From assembly GCF_009914755.1 (NCBI RefSeq), contig NC_060942.1: a DNA stretch of 64,000 nt; one strand, given 5' to 3'. Below are positions 29,203 through 42,509 of this stretch, one piece after another. A program made the position numbers and the translations under genes. The notes under the pieces were generated by a model, which was given only the letters and a program-made list of their open reading frames with translations, had not been told where the DNA came from and ran no database searches. Each line of letters begins with the position of its first letter. The first letter of the stretch is position 1. The stretch is from the human T2T-CHM13v2.0 reference genome, Homo sapiens.

Positions 29203-29912
29203 GAATATAGTCCTTTGTACTTTTATAACAAAATACCACAGACTGGGCCAGGCACAGTGGCTCACAGCTGTAATCCTGGCACTTTGGGAGGCTGAGATGG
29301 GTGGGTCACTTGAGACCAGGAGTTTGACCAGCCTGGCCAACATGATGAAACCTTATCTCTACTAAAAATGCAAAAATTAGCTGGGCATGGTGGCACACAC
29401 CTGTAATCCCAGCTCCTTGGGAGGCTGAGTCTTGAACCTGGGAGGCAGAGGTTGCAGTGAGCCAAGATCATGCCACTGTACTCTAGCCTGGGTGACAGAA
29501 CAAGACTCTGTCTCCAAAAAATAAAAATAAAATAAAACACCACAGACTGGGTGATTTATGAAAAAAAAGAAATTTATTTCTTACAGTTCTGGAGGCTGGG
29601 AGCACAAGGTGAAAGCATCAGCAGATGTGGTTGTCTGGTGAGGGCTGCTGTCTGCTTCTGGGATGGCACCTTGTGGCTGCATCCTCCATGGAGCAGGAAG
29701 TTGGTGTCCTCACATGGTAGAAGGAATGGAAGGGGCAAAAACTGGGGCAAACTCTTTGCCAAGTCCTTTTATAAGAGCAATGATTCCTATTTACGAGGGC
29801 AGAGCCCTGATGACTCAATCACCTTTGAAAGGCCATACATCCCAATACTGTTGCATTGGAGATTAAATTTCAACCTGAAGGGTAGAGGGACAAAAACACT
29901 CAATTCATAGAA
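29203..29912 (-). mobile_element. MST (MSTD-like) solo LTR interrupted by an Alu
   Basis: ataacaaaataccacagactgg|gtgatttat...aaatttatttcttacagttctggaggctggga...gagggcagagccctgatgactcaatcacc...aaatttcaac. Confidence 0.85.
29246..29533 (+). mobile_element. AluS/J element with 16-bp TSD
   Basis: Dimeric Alu with a small right-arm deletion; TSD aaaataccacagactg (29230-29245) / aaaacaccacagactg (29534-29549). Confidence 0.93.
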
Positions 29913-32159
29913 AGCCTTGTCTACAAAGCCAATTCTATAATTCTTTTTACTTTATTCAAGAAAAAAAAGGTCACTGATTATACATACCACTTACATCTTG
30001 ATGAGAATTAGTAAACATAGGAATACCTGCCAAGCGTATGCTTTGCCTCAGCTACAATAGCAACAAGGAATTAAACTTAAAATAGATACATTTGTTATGG
30101 TGGATGAACATCTGTATCCTATGTTTTAGTATTCCACATGTGCTGTGTTATAGTTTGAATTAATAGATGTATTGATCAACCATAATTCAAATCAATATGG
30201 ATCTTTAGGTAAATAATACATTTAATGATTTTTTTAAATTAAAAAAGACTTTTAAAAAGACCCATCTTTTCTAGAGGAATTAATATTGTTCTATTTAGAG
30301 TGACCAGGGGGAATACTGACTTTGATGCACAGCCACAATTTATGATCATATAATGTGTTTTATTAATCATCTCTGGTGATTATTGTTTTTATTGTCCTAC
30401 TTTATAGATTTAAGGTGTAAGTACTAGGTTCAGGTCAATATGCCTCTTCTATGGTTGATAGCTTAGATATCATTTTCTTCACTGCAGTACATTAAGAAAG
30501 AAAAAGAATGAGCTACATGAGTGATGACTCAGCTGTGGTTGCAAGTACATGCTCACCGTCCTCCTTCTCAGAAAGAGGACTAGAAGTAGTCGGGGCCTTT
30601 TTCTTTCTCTCTCTCTCAGAAATATAGAGGCCTGGATGGTCATACCTAAAAACAAAAAGGAATCTAAGGAAACATGCTTCGTATACATATTATGCCCCCT
30701 TTTGTTTTGCAGTGACTTCATAACAGTGGCATAATACTCTACGTCTATGAACTTAATTGGAATAACTAATAATTTATCTTAGTTTTATACCCTCTTTTAT
30801 TTGCTTCATTTTTATTTCCCTTTAATTTGTTTTGGTGGCTATAAAATTTAGGGATGGGTAGCAAGGGGTAAGAGCCAAGTGCACTGCACACAAATGCTTA
30901 ATAAACCTCACTGCCATACACAGCCAGTACATTCTTGGCCTGTGGTGCCACCTCACACACCTGTTATTATCCTGTCTATCTGAAACACAGTGTTTAGTGA
31001 ACCTGTCATTCTGCAACTCTGATTCTCAGATAATTTTTTTTAGATTGAAATGAACATATCCTAGAAATGAGCATTTCCACAGCTATCCTGACACCATATC
31101 CTTGAGTAAATTATTTTAAAATTTATTGTAAGTCCTATAGGGAGAGTTGGAAGTTAGCCATCAAGTATGATTGGAGCCATTTTAATGAGTTGCCTAGTAT
31201 CCTACAATGGTAAAAAGAGCTCTTAAAATGACCTACATTACTAAAGAGAGTAGCTTAAACCTTTAGTTCTTCTTACTTAAGTTGTATTATCTTCCATGTA
31301 TCTTTACTTGAGTTTCTCACTGGAAACATTTAGTTGTTTAACACACACATACAAAATTAAACTCCCTAGCATTGATAAAATTATTTTTTTCCTTAACAAC
31401 ACAACTTGTCAGCTATTTTACTTTAGTAGTGTCTCATAACCAAAGGAAATTGCAGGGAGAAAGCACTGATTCTTAAAGCCTGACATACTGATCTATATCA
31501 GCAACGCATGTGTTCTTTAGACGTTCTTCACCGGCAGAGGACAGGATTGCCTGCCAGCCTGGGACAAAGCACCATATGGCTGGGATGAGGGGAAGGATGG
31601 TGATGCACATGAAGGGTGGGAGGGGAGCTGTCACAGCCTGTCAGTCTTTATTCCCAGAGGAAACTCTGGTGACAAGGGAGTGATTGAAATGGCACGTTTG
31701 GGGTCTCTGGGCATGGAGAATGGATAAACAATGACTGGGAATTCAATGACATAAACTCAAGGGAAAGGGTGGAAACAAAGCGAGCTGCAATTGGGTAGAA
31801 GCATAACTCTCCTGTAGTTGGGGAAAGATGCCAGGAAGAGACATTGATGAGAAAGATGATTAAAGGTGGCCTCACAAAGCCTTGGAATAGTGACAGATGG
31901 AAAGGGTGCAATGATTAGTAAGAAAATACAAAGAGAAAAAAGAGACCTGAAATGAAATAAAGTCTTATAGGAGCAGAAATATGGAACAATACAATTTTTT
32001 AAAAAGAAAATGAATGATAGATTTTTCTCTGCAACCTGAAAAGTTAAGTAGAGAAGGATGTACAAGTGACGACGTACTTTCCTTCCACAGACGAAGCATG
32101 CTTGTCCTCAACTTACTTGATCTACCAGACTCAAAACTAGCTCAGAACTTCCCAATGCC

Positions 32160-32458
32160 TTTTTTTTTTTTTTTTTTTTTGGACAAAGTCTCGCTCTGTT
32201 GCCCAGGCTGGAGTGCAGTGGCATGATCTCGGCTCACTGCAACCTCCACCTCCTGGGTTCAAGCAATTCTCTGCCTCAGCTTCTTGAATAGCTGGGATTA
32301 CAGGCACCCCCCACCACACCCGGCTAGTTTTTGTATTTTTAGTAGAGATGGGGTTTCACCATCTTGGCCAGGCTAGTCTTGAACTCCTGACCTCGTGATC
32401 CACCCGCCTCGGCCTCCCAAACTGCTGGGATTACAGGCATGAGCCACCACGCCCCGCC
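32160..32458 (-). mobile_element. AluS (Sg/Sc-like) antisense
   Basis: T-tail, ctcctgacctcgtgatccacccgcctcggcc; TSD tcccaatgccttt / tcccaaagccttt. Confidence 0.95.
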
Positions 32459-32564
32459 TCCCAAAGCCTTTCTATGAGAGTTCCTACATCTCCAGACAGC
32501 CATTAAGAAACTGGACGAGCAGAAATAGGCTTTCTGCTCTCAAGATCTAAAGATAGACAAATAA

Positions 32565-32780
32565 CAATAATAACAGCCGTTTATTGAATGCAAATCATAT
32601 GCTAGGTATGGTGAGCAGCCCTTAGACTCCACTTCTCATTATCACTTAACAACTCTGTACACTAAATATTTTGTATCCACTTTTAATGTGGAAATTAAGG
32701 CCCAGAGAGGCTAAATACCTTTCCAAATAACACAGTCACAGAGTTTGGAGTAGGGAGCAAGGTTCATACCATTTAATTGC
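32565..32780 (-). mobile_element. MIR
   Basis: aataacagccgtttattgaatgc...ggaaattaaggcccagagaggctaaatacctt. Confidence 0.7.
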
Positions 32781-33939
32781 AGTTCGCTAGTCAAATCTAT
32801 TTATTTACATACATGATGCCCTAGCCACCTCGCCAAGCTACCTGTGGTACTTGCTGTATCTTCATAAACTCTTTAAAAGGCACTTTCCTAAATAAGCAAC
32901 TTGGAAATAAAGAAATTATTAAAAGCATATGATATATGTTTTTACATACCTACAATGTGCAGATTTGAGCATAAAACCTTTAGTTGCTCACATATTGGTT
33001 GGCCAGTTTATCAGATAATATTTTTCTCCTCCTTTTTTCTGAAAAGAGCTCAAACTCTGAGAGCTATAGTTATCGTTGCTGAGATGAAAATACTTCCCGA
33101 AATTAGTTTCTCAGTTTATCTCTTTGTGTGGCCATAGGAAATCCTTTTTAGCATACAACTTTTATTTGGCCATACTCTTTGCTGTATGATTCTGGGATAA
33201 GAATCACACTTTCTATAACAGACCCGTAGGTCCCCTTCTGGATACAAGGTCAGCCCAAACCAAATTTTCGAGCTTGCTTTTTGCTTCTTAATGAAAGCAT
33301 TATTTCCCTTAGGAAGCATCGTTATGTGAACACACCTACTTTGTTTGGCACAATGTAGAAAGCTTGCCACCAGGGCTTCCTCTAGGGATCAAGGCTGACA
33401 AACTGTGACAGAGCAGGCTGTGATATATTTCCCCTTCTCCATTTGGTTCAAAATAAAATGTTCTCACCCCAAACCTGCATTTCCTTAGAACCTTCCTCTG
33501 AGCTTGGTTTTTCATTCTACTTTGTAATTTATCTGCAAATTAATAATAATGAACATAACTAGTTGGCAGTAATGCTCAGTCTTCTCCCAGTGCATATTCT
33601 CAAGCAACCACTGTACAGAGTTCTGAAAAGGAGTGTTCCAGCCAAAGTCTTAACATAATCTCACAAATTTGCAAAGCCTTCCATTTAGCTGGACCCTGCA
33701 ATAATTTAATGTATACCTGTGATATGGCTAACATACACTGTGATAATGATGGAGGATTAAAGTGATAAACAGTTTAGACTTGGTTCCTTCTTTCACAGAG
33801 CATACAATTTGTAATAGGATCACAACAACAATAACAAAAATGACCAGATTGTTGGAGTCCAGGGAAGTGCCCTGACAGGAGAGTTTGTCTTGTCCAGATC
33901 CTGTGAACACCCAGGTAGAGGGGCCTAAGCCAGGCTGGA

Positions 33940-34120
33940 GATCAGTGAGGTGACACTCTAACTGAAACCTGAAGGAGGCCCCCACGTCAGGGCAGCAAAG
34001 CAATTGGAGGAAGGTATTCCAGCTGAGTTTGCAGCACACAAAAGTAGCAGAGGTGAAAGCATGAGGTCTTCCTGGAATTGAGCAAGCTCAGCATGGAGAA
34101 CTGAGAGGTAGCAAGGAGGC
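33940..34120 (-). mobile_element. L2 fragment
   Basis: gaggtgacactctaactgaaacctgaagga...gaaggtattccag. Confidence 0.5.
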
Positions 34121-34829
34121 TGTTCTGAAAGTAAAGTCTCTGCACACTCCTGAAACCTAGCTCCGCACTCTCAGAGACCCTCAACTGTATCTTTCAGGCT
34201 TAGATCCTTCAGGCCCTGTCATGCTGAAGACAACTGAGAAAGTATAGCTGATATGGAAGGAGTAATGTTGGAGGTGGCAGCAAATGCATCCTGGAGGGTC
34301 AAGCCAAGCTGAGTAGGGGGTATGACCAAGCTGGTTTTCCCTCTGGGATTTGAAAATGGATTGAACAGCTTCTCACCCAGTGCCTTGCACAAAGTATGTC
34401 TTCAATTAACATTGAATGGATTAATAATTGGATGCATAAATTCATTTTATCAAAGAGTACATACAAGGTATGATTCAATTCCATAGCACTATTATTATGA
34501 TAGTTAATGTACAAATTAAATAGGTATCTGGAAACAGAATAGAAATCATTTAGTGAGGTGGTGTGTTCTAATGTCTAAATAACTTTTCTACCCAAACTCT
34601 AGAATGGAACTCATTTGTAAGCAAGTGACTGTCTCTAACTTTTCCATAGTCTTACACAGGTACATCTTGAGTCCTCAAATTAATTGCCTGTTCTCTAAGG
34701 TCAAAACTCAGGGCTTAAAAATAAATTATTATTAGCTTCATGCGTAACAGTAGGAACATGATAGATATTCCATCAATATTCATTATTCATTTTTATCTAA
34801 AATGTACCTATCCAATACATTATTTTATG

Positions 34830-34955
34830 TGTGTGAGATAATGCATTGTCAATTAGATTTTACCATTTCACAATGTATATATGCCTCAAGGTATCATGTT
34901 ATACAGGATAAAAGCATACAATGTTATCTGGCAATTAAAAACAAATAAATAAATG
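34830..34955 (+). mobile_element. L1MA/MB extreme 3' end
   Basis: accatttcacaatgtatatatg...tatcatgttatac...caattaaaaacaaataaataaa. Confidence 0.6.
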
Positions 34956-37239
34956 ATTAATGAGATTTTATGGAGTACATTAAGTTTCATCTCATTAAGA
35001 TTAAAAATGGTTTCAAATAACTATTTTATAAAATCTACATTTCTTACTTTTTCTAAAGTTCTTAATCTACTACCACAAAAGTCATGATTCTTTCCATTTT
35101 GAAAATAATGTAACATTTTAGAAGAAATATTATTTCATTTTAAGTTTTAATTATACACAACCATGCTTCTTTTTTTGATAATTTTATGAAATAACTTTAT
35201 GAACTGTAAAAACTTAACTATCATTTAGGTTTATCCACTTCTTCATTTAGACAATAAAAAGCTAGAGTTTAGTGTCAAGGGAACAACAAGAAAAAAAAAT
35301 CAAAAGGAGAAATGATAGTTGTTTGCTCTTAGGAAAATTAAGTGTTTCTGTTATTTCACTGACAATATCTAGTTACATATTATTTTTATTAAATGGTGAA
35401 GATGCAGACTAATAAAGCAGATGCAGCTAATAAAGCAGCTAGTTGATTTGGTGGCTACATTTGTAATATTTTAGTGAGCAACATGGGGAATGAAACAAGG
35501 AAATAGGTCTGTTGGCTTGTTTGAGGTTTAATGTAAATTAAACATTTTTGTTGTTATGAGTACCCCTTATCTTTCATATACATCATAGGGAATGAAGGTA
35601 GTGGACTATCAATAAGCTTAGAAAAAAATTCATGTTCATAAACACTGTATAATAATGTGTGACAGAAAAAGTCCTTGGTATCTAGAAAAATTGAAGCTTT
35701 ATTTAAAAAATTAATCCAATAGCATCATTGTTACCAAGGCTATTGCAGGGGACCTAAACAAAATATTATTTTTTGGCTTCAAAACTATGAATATTTGGCT
35801 TTTCGTTATCTATAAAAATTATCACCCTTTCCTGGATTTGGCTATTATTAAAAAATTTTTAAAGATGTTCTTAAAAGAAAAAAAAGACTGTCATTATAGT
35901 GTGGCAAATTCACCTCCTCTTCTCCATGACAACAGATAAAGAAGCTGTAGCTATAGCAACAGTAATGGGCCAGAGAGATTAGGGCCAGACTGGAGATTAG
36001 GCCTCCAAGAGCAAAGAAAAGAAGTCCTGATTGGTTCTTTATTGAGACCTTATTTGAAGGCAAGTTACTGTTGAGAGAAAGCATGGAGGATTAGTAAGAA
36101 CAAAATTAATTCCCCTGTATAAGATAAGAAGCCATTCCTTTGTTAAAACTGTGTTCCTTCCGTTTTAATATAACGCCTGTTTAAACTGAGGTAAAGAGTC
36201 CGTGATTAATTCTATGCTGAGCTTTGTGCCATCTGAGTCTAGACCAGCTCTGTGAGAAGACACTCCCTGAAGCCTAAGGAGAAAAGAGGGAGGAGCATCT
36301 GCCTGCTTGCCATTGCCCCTTGCCCTCCTCTCTGGCACTCCCTGGGTGGGTTGGAGATGCCAATTGGTTTGTGATGTTGACATCATGTAGGAGTGAGATG
36401 CTCTTGGAGGAAAAAGATTGGAAAACTTCCCTCTTGTTCGTATAAAACTTATTTGTCTAACTTCTTGAAAATTTCAAAAAGCTTTCACCAAGTTATAATT
36501 AATTATATGTTTAAAAATACGTTTCTCAAAAATCTAGTAATGTTCCCATTTTTTAATAACTGGTAAGTTATAGAGGTATTACATTTTGAGTAAATGTGCT
36601 ATCTATAATTTCAGATTGATATACTGATGAAGGAGGGATTTGTTATTTTTTAAATAATAAATTTATAGGAATGAGAATATCTGGCCTGATGCTATGAATT
36701 TTTTTAAAAGGATTTTGCCACATTTACTTCTGAACATGTAGTGCTCACACACACTTCAACTGAGAGCCTGTGAGAGCGCCACACCCTGGGCGACATGAGA
36801 TATTCACCTTCTTTAAAGTGGTCTCCGATAGAATTTTTTCAGACTCTGTTTTAATGTGTATTTCTTGCATTATTTGTCAAGTTGAACCCCACTTTTCAAT
36901 AAGACGATTTATTATTTTAAAGATTTAAAAACATGCTTTTTAATATTATGTTACTTGGTTTTTATATATTTTCTAAATACTTTCAGTCAGTCTTTCCACG
37001 GGAAACAACACCTCAACTAAACCAAGAGGGAAAGTAGGAGTTATACAGATGAGTGAGAGGGGCTTGTTAAGGTTTGGGATCTGCTTCTGTGAAGGCCTAG
37101 ACAATTGCAGGGGGCTCAGCATGAGGAGAACATACTTAATATAGAAGCATCAAGAAGCCAAGGAGCTTCCACATAAGCACCATGAGAACATTGGCTTCGT
37201 CTGTTGTTCCCCACTCTCTCTTCTGTGCTTAGACAAGGA

Positions 37240-37691
37240 GGACAGGCGATCTGAGCTGTTCGAATATTTGCTGAGTGAGCAGAGCTACTGAACGTTGCTA
37301 ACTGTGCACCTCTGCAAGCCTCTGCCCGAAGGTATTTTCTGTCTTGCTGTAGGAACACACTAGGCCATTGTTTAGGAAAGGCAAATCCCCTGGAATCACC
37401 CTCAACAAATGATGGAGAAGGAGTAGGTAGATAAATACCCCTATCCAGTACTCTGAGGGATGAATAACTCTGAGGCATGTCCTGTACTGACTCCCAGAGT
37501 CCCCGATGGGATTTGCCCTTCCGTTTCCCACAGGTATAGCCATATAGATAATGCACTCTTCAGATAGGTCCCTCCCTGCCCTGTCTCACTTCCTGATTCT
37601 CTGCAGTATTTCTGGGATCATCTCCCAAATGTAGTACTTGAACAAAAGTCCTCTTCTGAAGCCTTGTTTACGGAGAAAGCCACCCAAGACC
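37240..37691 (+). mobile_element. LTR16-like ERVL solo LTR
   Basis: accctcaacaaatgatgg, gataaataccc, aactctgaggcatgt, tcccagagtcccc, cctgtctcacttcc and ctgggatcatctcccaaat are LTR16 family motifs. Confidence 0.75.
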
Positions 37692-37699
37692 CATGGTCA

Positions 37700-38160
37700 G
37701 CAGGAGTCAGGCCAGCAAGCTAATTAAGAAGTTTGAAGCTTGCCCTGAAGACGATTTGTGGAGGAAAAATAAGTAGTAGAGTGACACGACCAGATTTATA
37801 TTTTTATAAGCTCATTCTGGATGCTGCACAGAGAATATATTTGAGGAAGGTGAGTTTAAGGAAGGCAGAGGAGCTGGGGGACACTTGTGGTAATTCCAGT
37901 TAGAGAGTGCAATGGTGTCAATGGAAGCATGGCAGTGGAGACGCAATAGTGTGGGTAGATTAATGAGATGTTCAGGAGCGGGGAACCCTAGCATGCGGTG
38001 AGTGAAGGAGAGTCAGGAATCAAGGATGGGCTTCGGGTTTCCAGTCTGCACAGCTGAGAGGACAACTTGAATATCACCCAGGAGGAGAAGCAGGCTGAGG
38101 GGGAGGGAGAGAATAAATTCACTCCAGTGTGTTAGTCTTAGCTGCCTGTGATGTGTGGAA
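37700..38160 (-). mobile_element. L2 fragment
   Basis: gaccagatttatatttttataagctcattctgg...gtgaaggagagtcaggaatcaaggatg. Confidence 0.6.
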
Positions 38161-39038
38161 GTAAAAGTTTTTGTCAAGAAGCTTAATATCACTCATATTT
38201 TTGAGAGAGATACGCCATCCCCAGGCATCAATCTTTTCCTCTCCCTCACCACTCTGCTATAAAAGATTGACTAACTCACTGCCACTCTTCCATTTATTTA
38301 AAATACTGTACTGATCCAGAGAGCAAGGCGAAATTTTATCTACAAAGAAATAGTCAAAGAATCTATGGAGTCAGAAATAACTTTGAATACTTTTTTTTTT
38401 TTTGCCATTCTTTAAAACCTCTATTTCTCTGTATAGCTAGTAAGAATTGTATATCGATAATGTTTCTGGAACCATTAGAAAATGGGGTATTTCCACTACC
38501 CAGATGAATTTTTCTAGCTAGCAGAAGTTTAACTCATGGCAGTGATACCACTCAGCCAGTCGCTATACAAAGTGAATGCAAGAATGAAGACTGACTTTGA
38601 TAAAGACTAGGGAAAATGGACCACAAAAGCCGGTTTGAAGATTTTATATCCGCAAATGGGTACCTGTGATTTGTGGCTAGAGATCACCTGTCGAGATGAA
38701 ACACGTATTCCCTAGACTTGAGAACTTTAACAAACATAAAGAAAACAGAGTTATCACAGCAAAGCTGAATTATGAATTCACACACACCCAAGCAGACACA
38801 CACTACAAAATATACATGCACATATGTAATAGAAAACCCTGTCTTACATATTATTAATTCCCCCAATTTGTGAAAAGACAGTTTTTTAATTGTGAATAAT
38901 TCAGAGTTGTTCTTATGAACAAGTCCATGAAAATTGCTTCTACTTTTTGTTAACTTTCATCAGCTTTTCATTTCTGCTCTTAATTTTCTATGGTCTTAAA
39001 AAATACATAAATAAACCACTTCAAATTGTTTCCAAACA

Positions 39039-39228
39039 GGCTGGGAGAGGTGGCTCACACCAGTAATCCCAGTACTTTGGAAGGCCAAGACAGGTGGATC
39101 ATCTGAGGTCAGGAGATCAAGACCAGCCTGGCCAACATAGTGAAACCCTGTCTCTACCAAAAATACACAAATTAGCCGGGTGTGGTGGTGTGTGCCTGTA
39201 ATCCCAGCTACTCAGGAGGCTGAGGCAG
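39039..39228 (+). mobile_element. 3'-truncated AluS
   Basis: Left arm, linker and start of right arm; stops abruptly after ggaggctgaggcag with no tail. Confidence 0.9.
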
Positions 39229-39496
39229 AAATAAATTGTATCAGAACAGTGTAAACATGTAGACAGATACTGACAGGAATAAGGTTTTGTGATAACTTTT
39301 TGGTTACCTGAAGCATTTATGAATACAGGTAAGTCTGTGGCTATGTTATAGAATATTGAGGTCTCCATTGGTTTGACTTCCAAATTAGCGCTTTATTAAA
39401 CTCGGTGTCAGTGTTTGTACACCTACTTGGGCTGTATCTTTTCTACTGTGAAACATATTTTAACTGTGAAATGAATATTTTAAAGAATCACCTTGG

Positions 39497-39796
39497 GGCC
39501 AGGCATGGTGGCTCATGCCTGTATCTCCAGGACTTTGAGAGGCCAAGGTGGGTGGATCACTTGAGGTCAGGAGTTCGACACAGCCTGGCCAACATGGCAA
39601 AACCCCATCTTTACTAAATATACAAAAATTAGCCAGGCGTGGGGGCACATGCCTGTAATCCCAGCTACTCGGGAGCCTGAGGCAGGAGAATCACTTGAAC
39701 CTGGAGGCTGAGGTTTCAGTGAGCCAAGATCGTGCCAGTGCACTCCAGCTTGGGTTGCAGAGCAAGACCCCATCTCAACCAAAAAAAAAAAAAAAA
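39497..39796 (+). mobile_element. AluS element with TSD
   Basis: Dimeric Alu, A16 tail; TSD aagaatcacctt / aagaatcaactt. Confidence 0.95.
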
Positions 39797-40324
39797 GAAT
39801 CAACTTCGTTACCATTTTTTAATACATAAGAAGAGTTTTATAGTATGTGATTTTTCTTTGTCAGAAATCATGTGGTCTTACTGTATGTTAAAACTATATG
39901 ATTACATTTTTTTCTACAGTAATAACTGCCCCCAACCTTGTAAAATCCTGGAGATTATGGCCCTCTTAGCTCTTCTTAGAACTGTTAAAAATGCCAATAG
40001 GTTATCTTTGACAAATAGTCACTGTAAATTTAGATTTATATTTAGTATATCTTGAGTTTATCTTCTGAATTGTAATACCGTCTTTTACTTCGAATATAGA
40101 TACATGTGTTCATTCGTTTATTCATTTATCCATATTCTTACTTATTCAACCTCTGCTTCATTCCAGAAACAATTCAGGGAAATATTAATTACTTAAAATG
40201 ATTTGTCTTTTACCAAAGACATTTTCTATTATCAGTTAAAGTCATGAGAGGTGTAATCCTTTTACAATATTGAATCATATTATCCACAGTTCTAAGGTCT
40301 TTCTAGAACTCAAGTGCTTGTTAA

Positions 40325-40807
<483 letters not shown>

Positions 40808-41164
40808 TAGGTGATGCTACCAATAAAATTCAGCTTAATCGGTCATCTCTTTAAGTCAATACGGTTGGGTAATGGCAGGAGGAGATCTTGGGCAGGAACT
40901 TTGGAGAGGCTGTGAAATCTCTACTATGTCCTTCACTCATTCCCCAGTGGAGATGTGCACTTTTAAAAAGCAGTGTTGTTGACACAGTCTAATGAAATTA
41001 TCTGTATAAAAAATCCTTGAAAAAGGTAAGAATATATTATGTCAATTTTTTATTTCTTTGGTTTTCAGAGTCATAAACAGAGAACAGAATTAGGCTGTAT
41101 ATTAGTAGAACAGTGTATAAAAGCACTACTGTGGCTAGCTTGTAATCCCATTTCTGTCATTGAC

Positions 41165-41560
41165 ATCACATGAGCTCCAAAAAACCACATGACTTCTCTG
41201 AGCCTCATTTTCCTCTTTAATAAGGAGAAATTAATAATACCTACCTTAAAATATACAATAAAGTGTATAATTGGATTGTTTGTAACGCAAAAGACAAATG
41301 CGTGAGGTGATGGATGCCCCATTTACCCTGATGTGATTATGACACATTGCATGCCTGTATCAAAATACATCATGTATCCCATAAATATGTACATCTATTA
41401 TGTCCCCACGAAAATTAAAAGTTTTTTAAAAACAAAAAAAATCAAATTTAAAAAAATAATACTTACCTTGCAAGGCTTTGGCTAGCATTAAATTAAGTTG
41501 CATATATAAATGTCATATCAGTGTCCAGTACTTGGTAGAAGTTGTTATTGTGGATATTAC
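41165..41560 (+). mobile_element. MIR split by an L1MA 3' end
   Basis: cttctctgagcctcattttcctctttaataaggagaaattaataatacctacctt resumes as aataatacttaccttgcaagg after the insertion. Confidence 0.7.
41248..41454 (+). mobile_element. L1MA(1-3)-like 3' end with 15-bp TSD
   Basis: tgaggtgatggatgccccatttaccctgatgtgattatgacacattgcatgcctgtatcaaaata; TSD aataatacctacctt / aataatacttacctt. Confidence 0.85.
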
Positions 41561-42001
41561 TATTGACTAAGCAAAAGTGAGCTGTACATATCTGGTTTCA
41601 AGATTACAATCCATTGCATTTTTTTCTCAACATTTTCCCCTTAAGATATTTCACCATCTTATGACTTTGAAATTTGATGTTTAAGTCTGAGGTAAATGCT
41701 GGATAAGTTCCACTTCAGGAGAAGCAGGGATTCATGTCCTAGGGTTCTAGTCCCTCAAATTTGTGAGTGCTGTAAACATGTGATGATCTTTAGAATTCAA
41801 AAGGGGACATATACATTGGATAAACCAAAGTGTTATTTAGTTCAAAATGGGACAGTCTGGTGCTCAGGTGGTGCAGTACAGCTCCTCACCTGCTGGGTCT
41901 CAAAATGCTCTCCTTTGTAGTTGGCAGCAAGTTCAAGTTTAGCCTTTTAAAGTTTCTGTTATCTTTTACAAATTGACCTTACTTTAAAATGAAAGGAAAG
42001 A

Positions 42002-42309
42002 GGCTGGGCAAGGTGACTCCACGCCTGTAATCCCAGCACTTTGGCAGGCTAAGTCAGGTGGCTCACCTGAGGTCAGGAGTTCAAGACCAGCCTGACCAAC
42101 ATGGTGAAACCCTGTCTCTTCTAAAAATACAAAAAATTAGCTGGGCATGGTGGCGCGCACCTGTCATCCTAGCCACTCAGGAGGATGAGGCAGGAGAATT
42201 GCTTGATCACGGGAAGCGGAGGTTGAAGTGAGCCAAGATTGTGCCACTGCACTCCAGCCTGGGCAACAGAGACGCCATCTCAAAAAAAAAAAAAAAAAAA
42301 AAAAAAAAA
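42002..42309 (+). mobile_element. AluS element
   Basis: Dimeric Alu with cagcctgaccaacatgg and an A28 tail. Confidence 0.95.
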
Positions 42310-42509
42310 GGAAGATGTAGGCATACCCATATTGCCTTGTGCTCACTAAGATTATTCATTACTGTGAAGAAACAGGCGTTCGTTTTAGTGTTATCTCTGT
42401 AACTATTTGTGATCTTACGATGCCTCCTGAGTTCCTTGGATTTCAGTGTGTGCAGCTGTGAAAACTGGAAGCAATGATTCTTGCCCAGTCATCATGTTTT
42501 TACATGGAT

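Noticed and set aside
27681-29910. ORFs at 27681, 28781 and 29551-29910
   Set aside because: They lie within THE1/MST LTRs and show no gag/pol similarity.
37116-37556. 146-aa minus-strand ORF
   Set aside because: Overlaps an LTR16-like element and has no recognisable domain.
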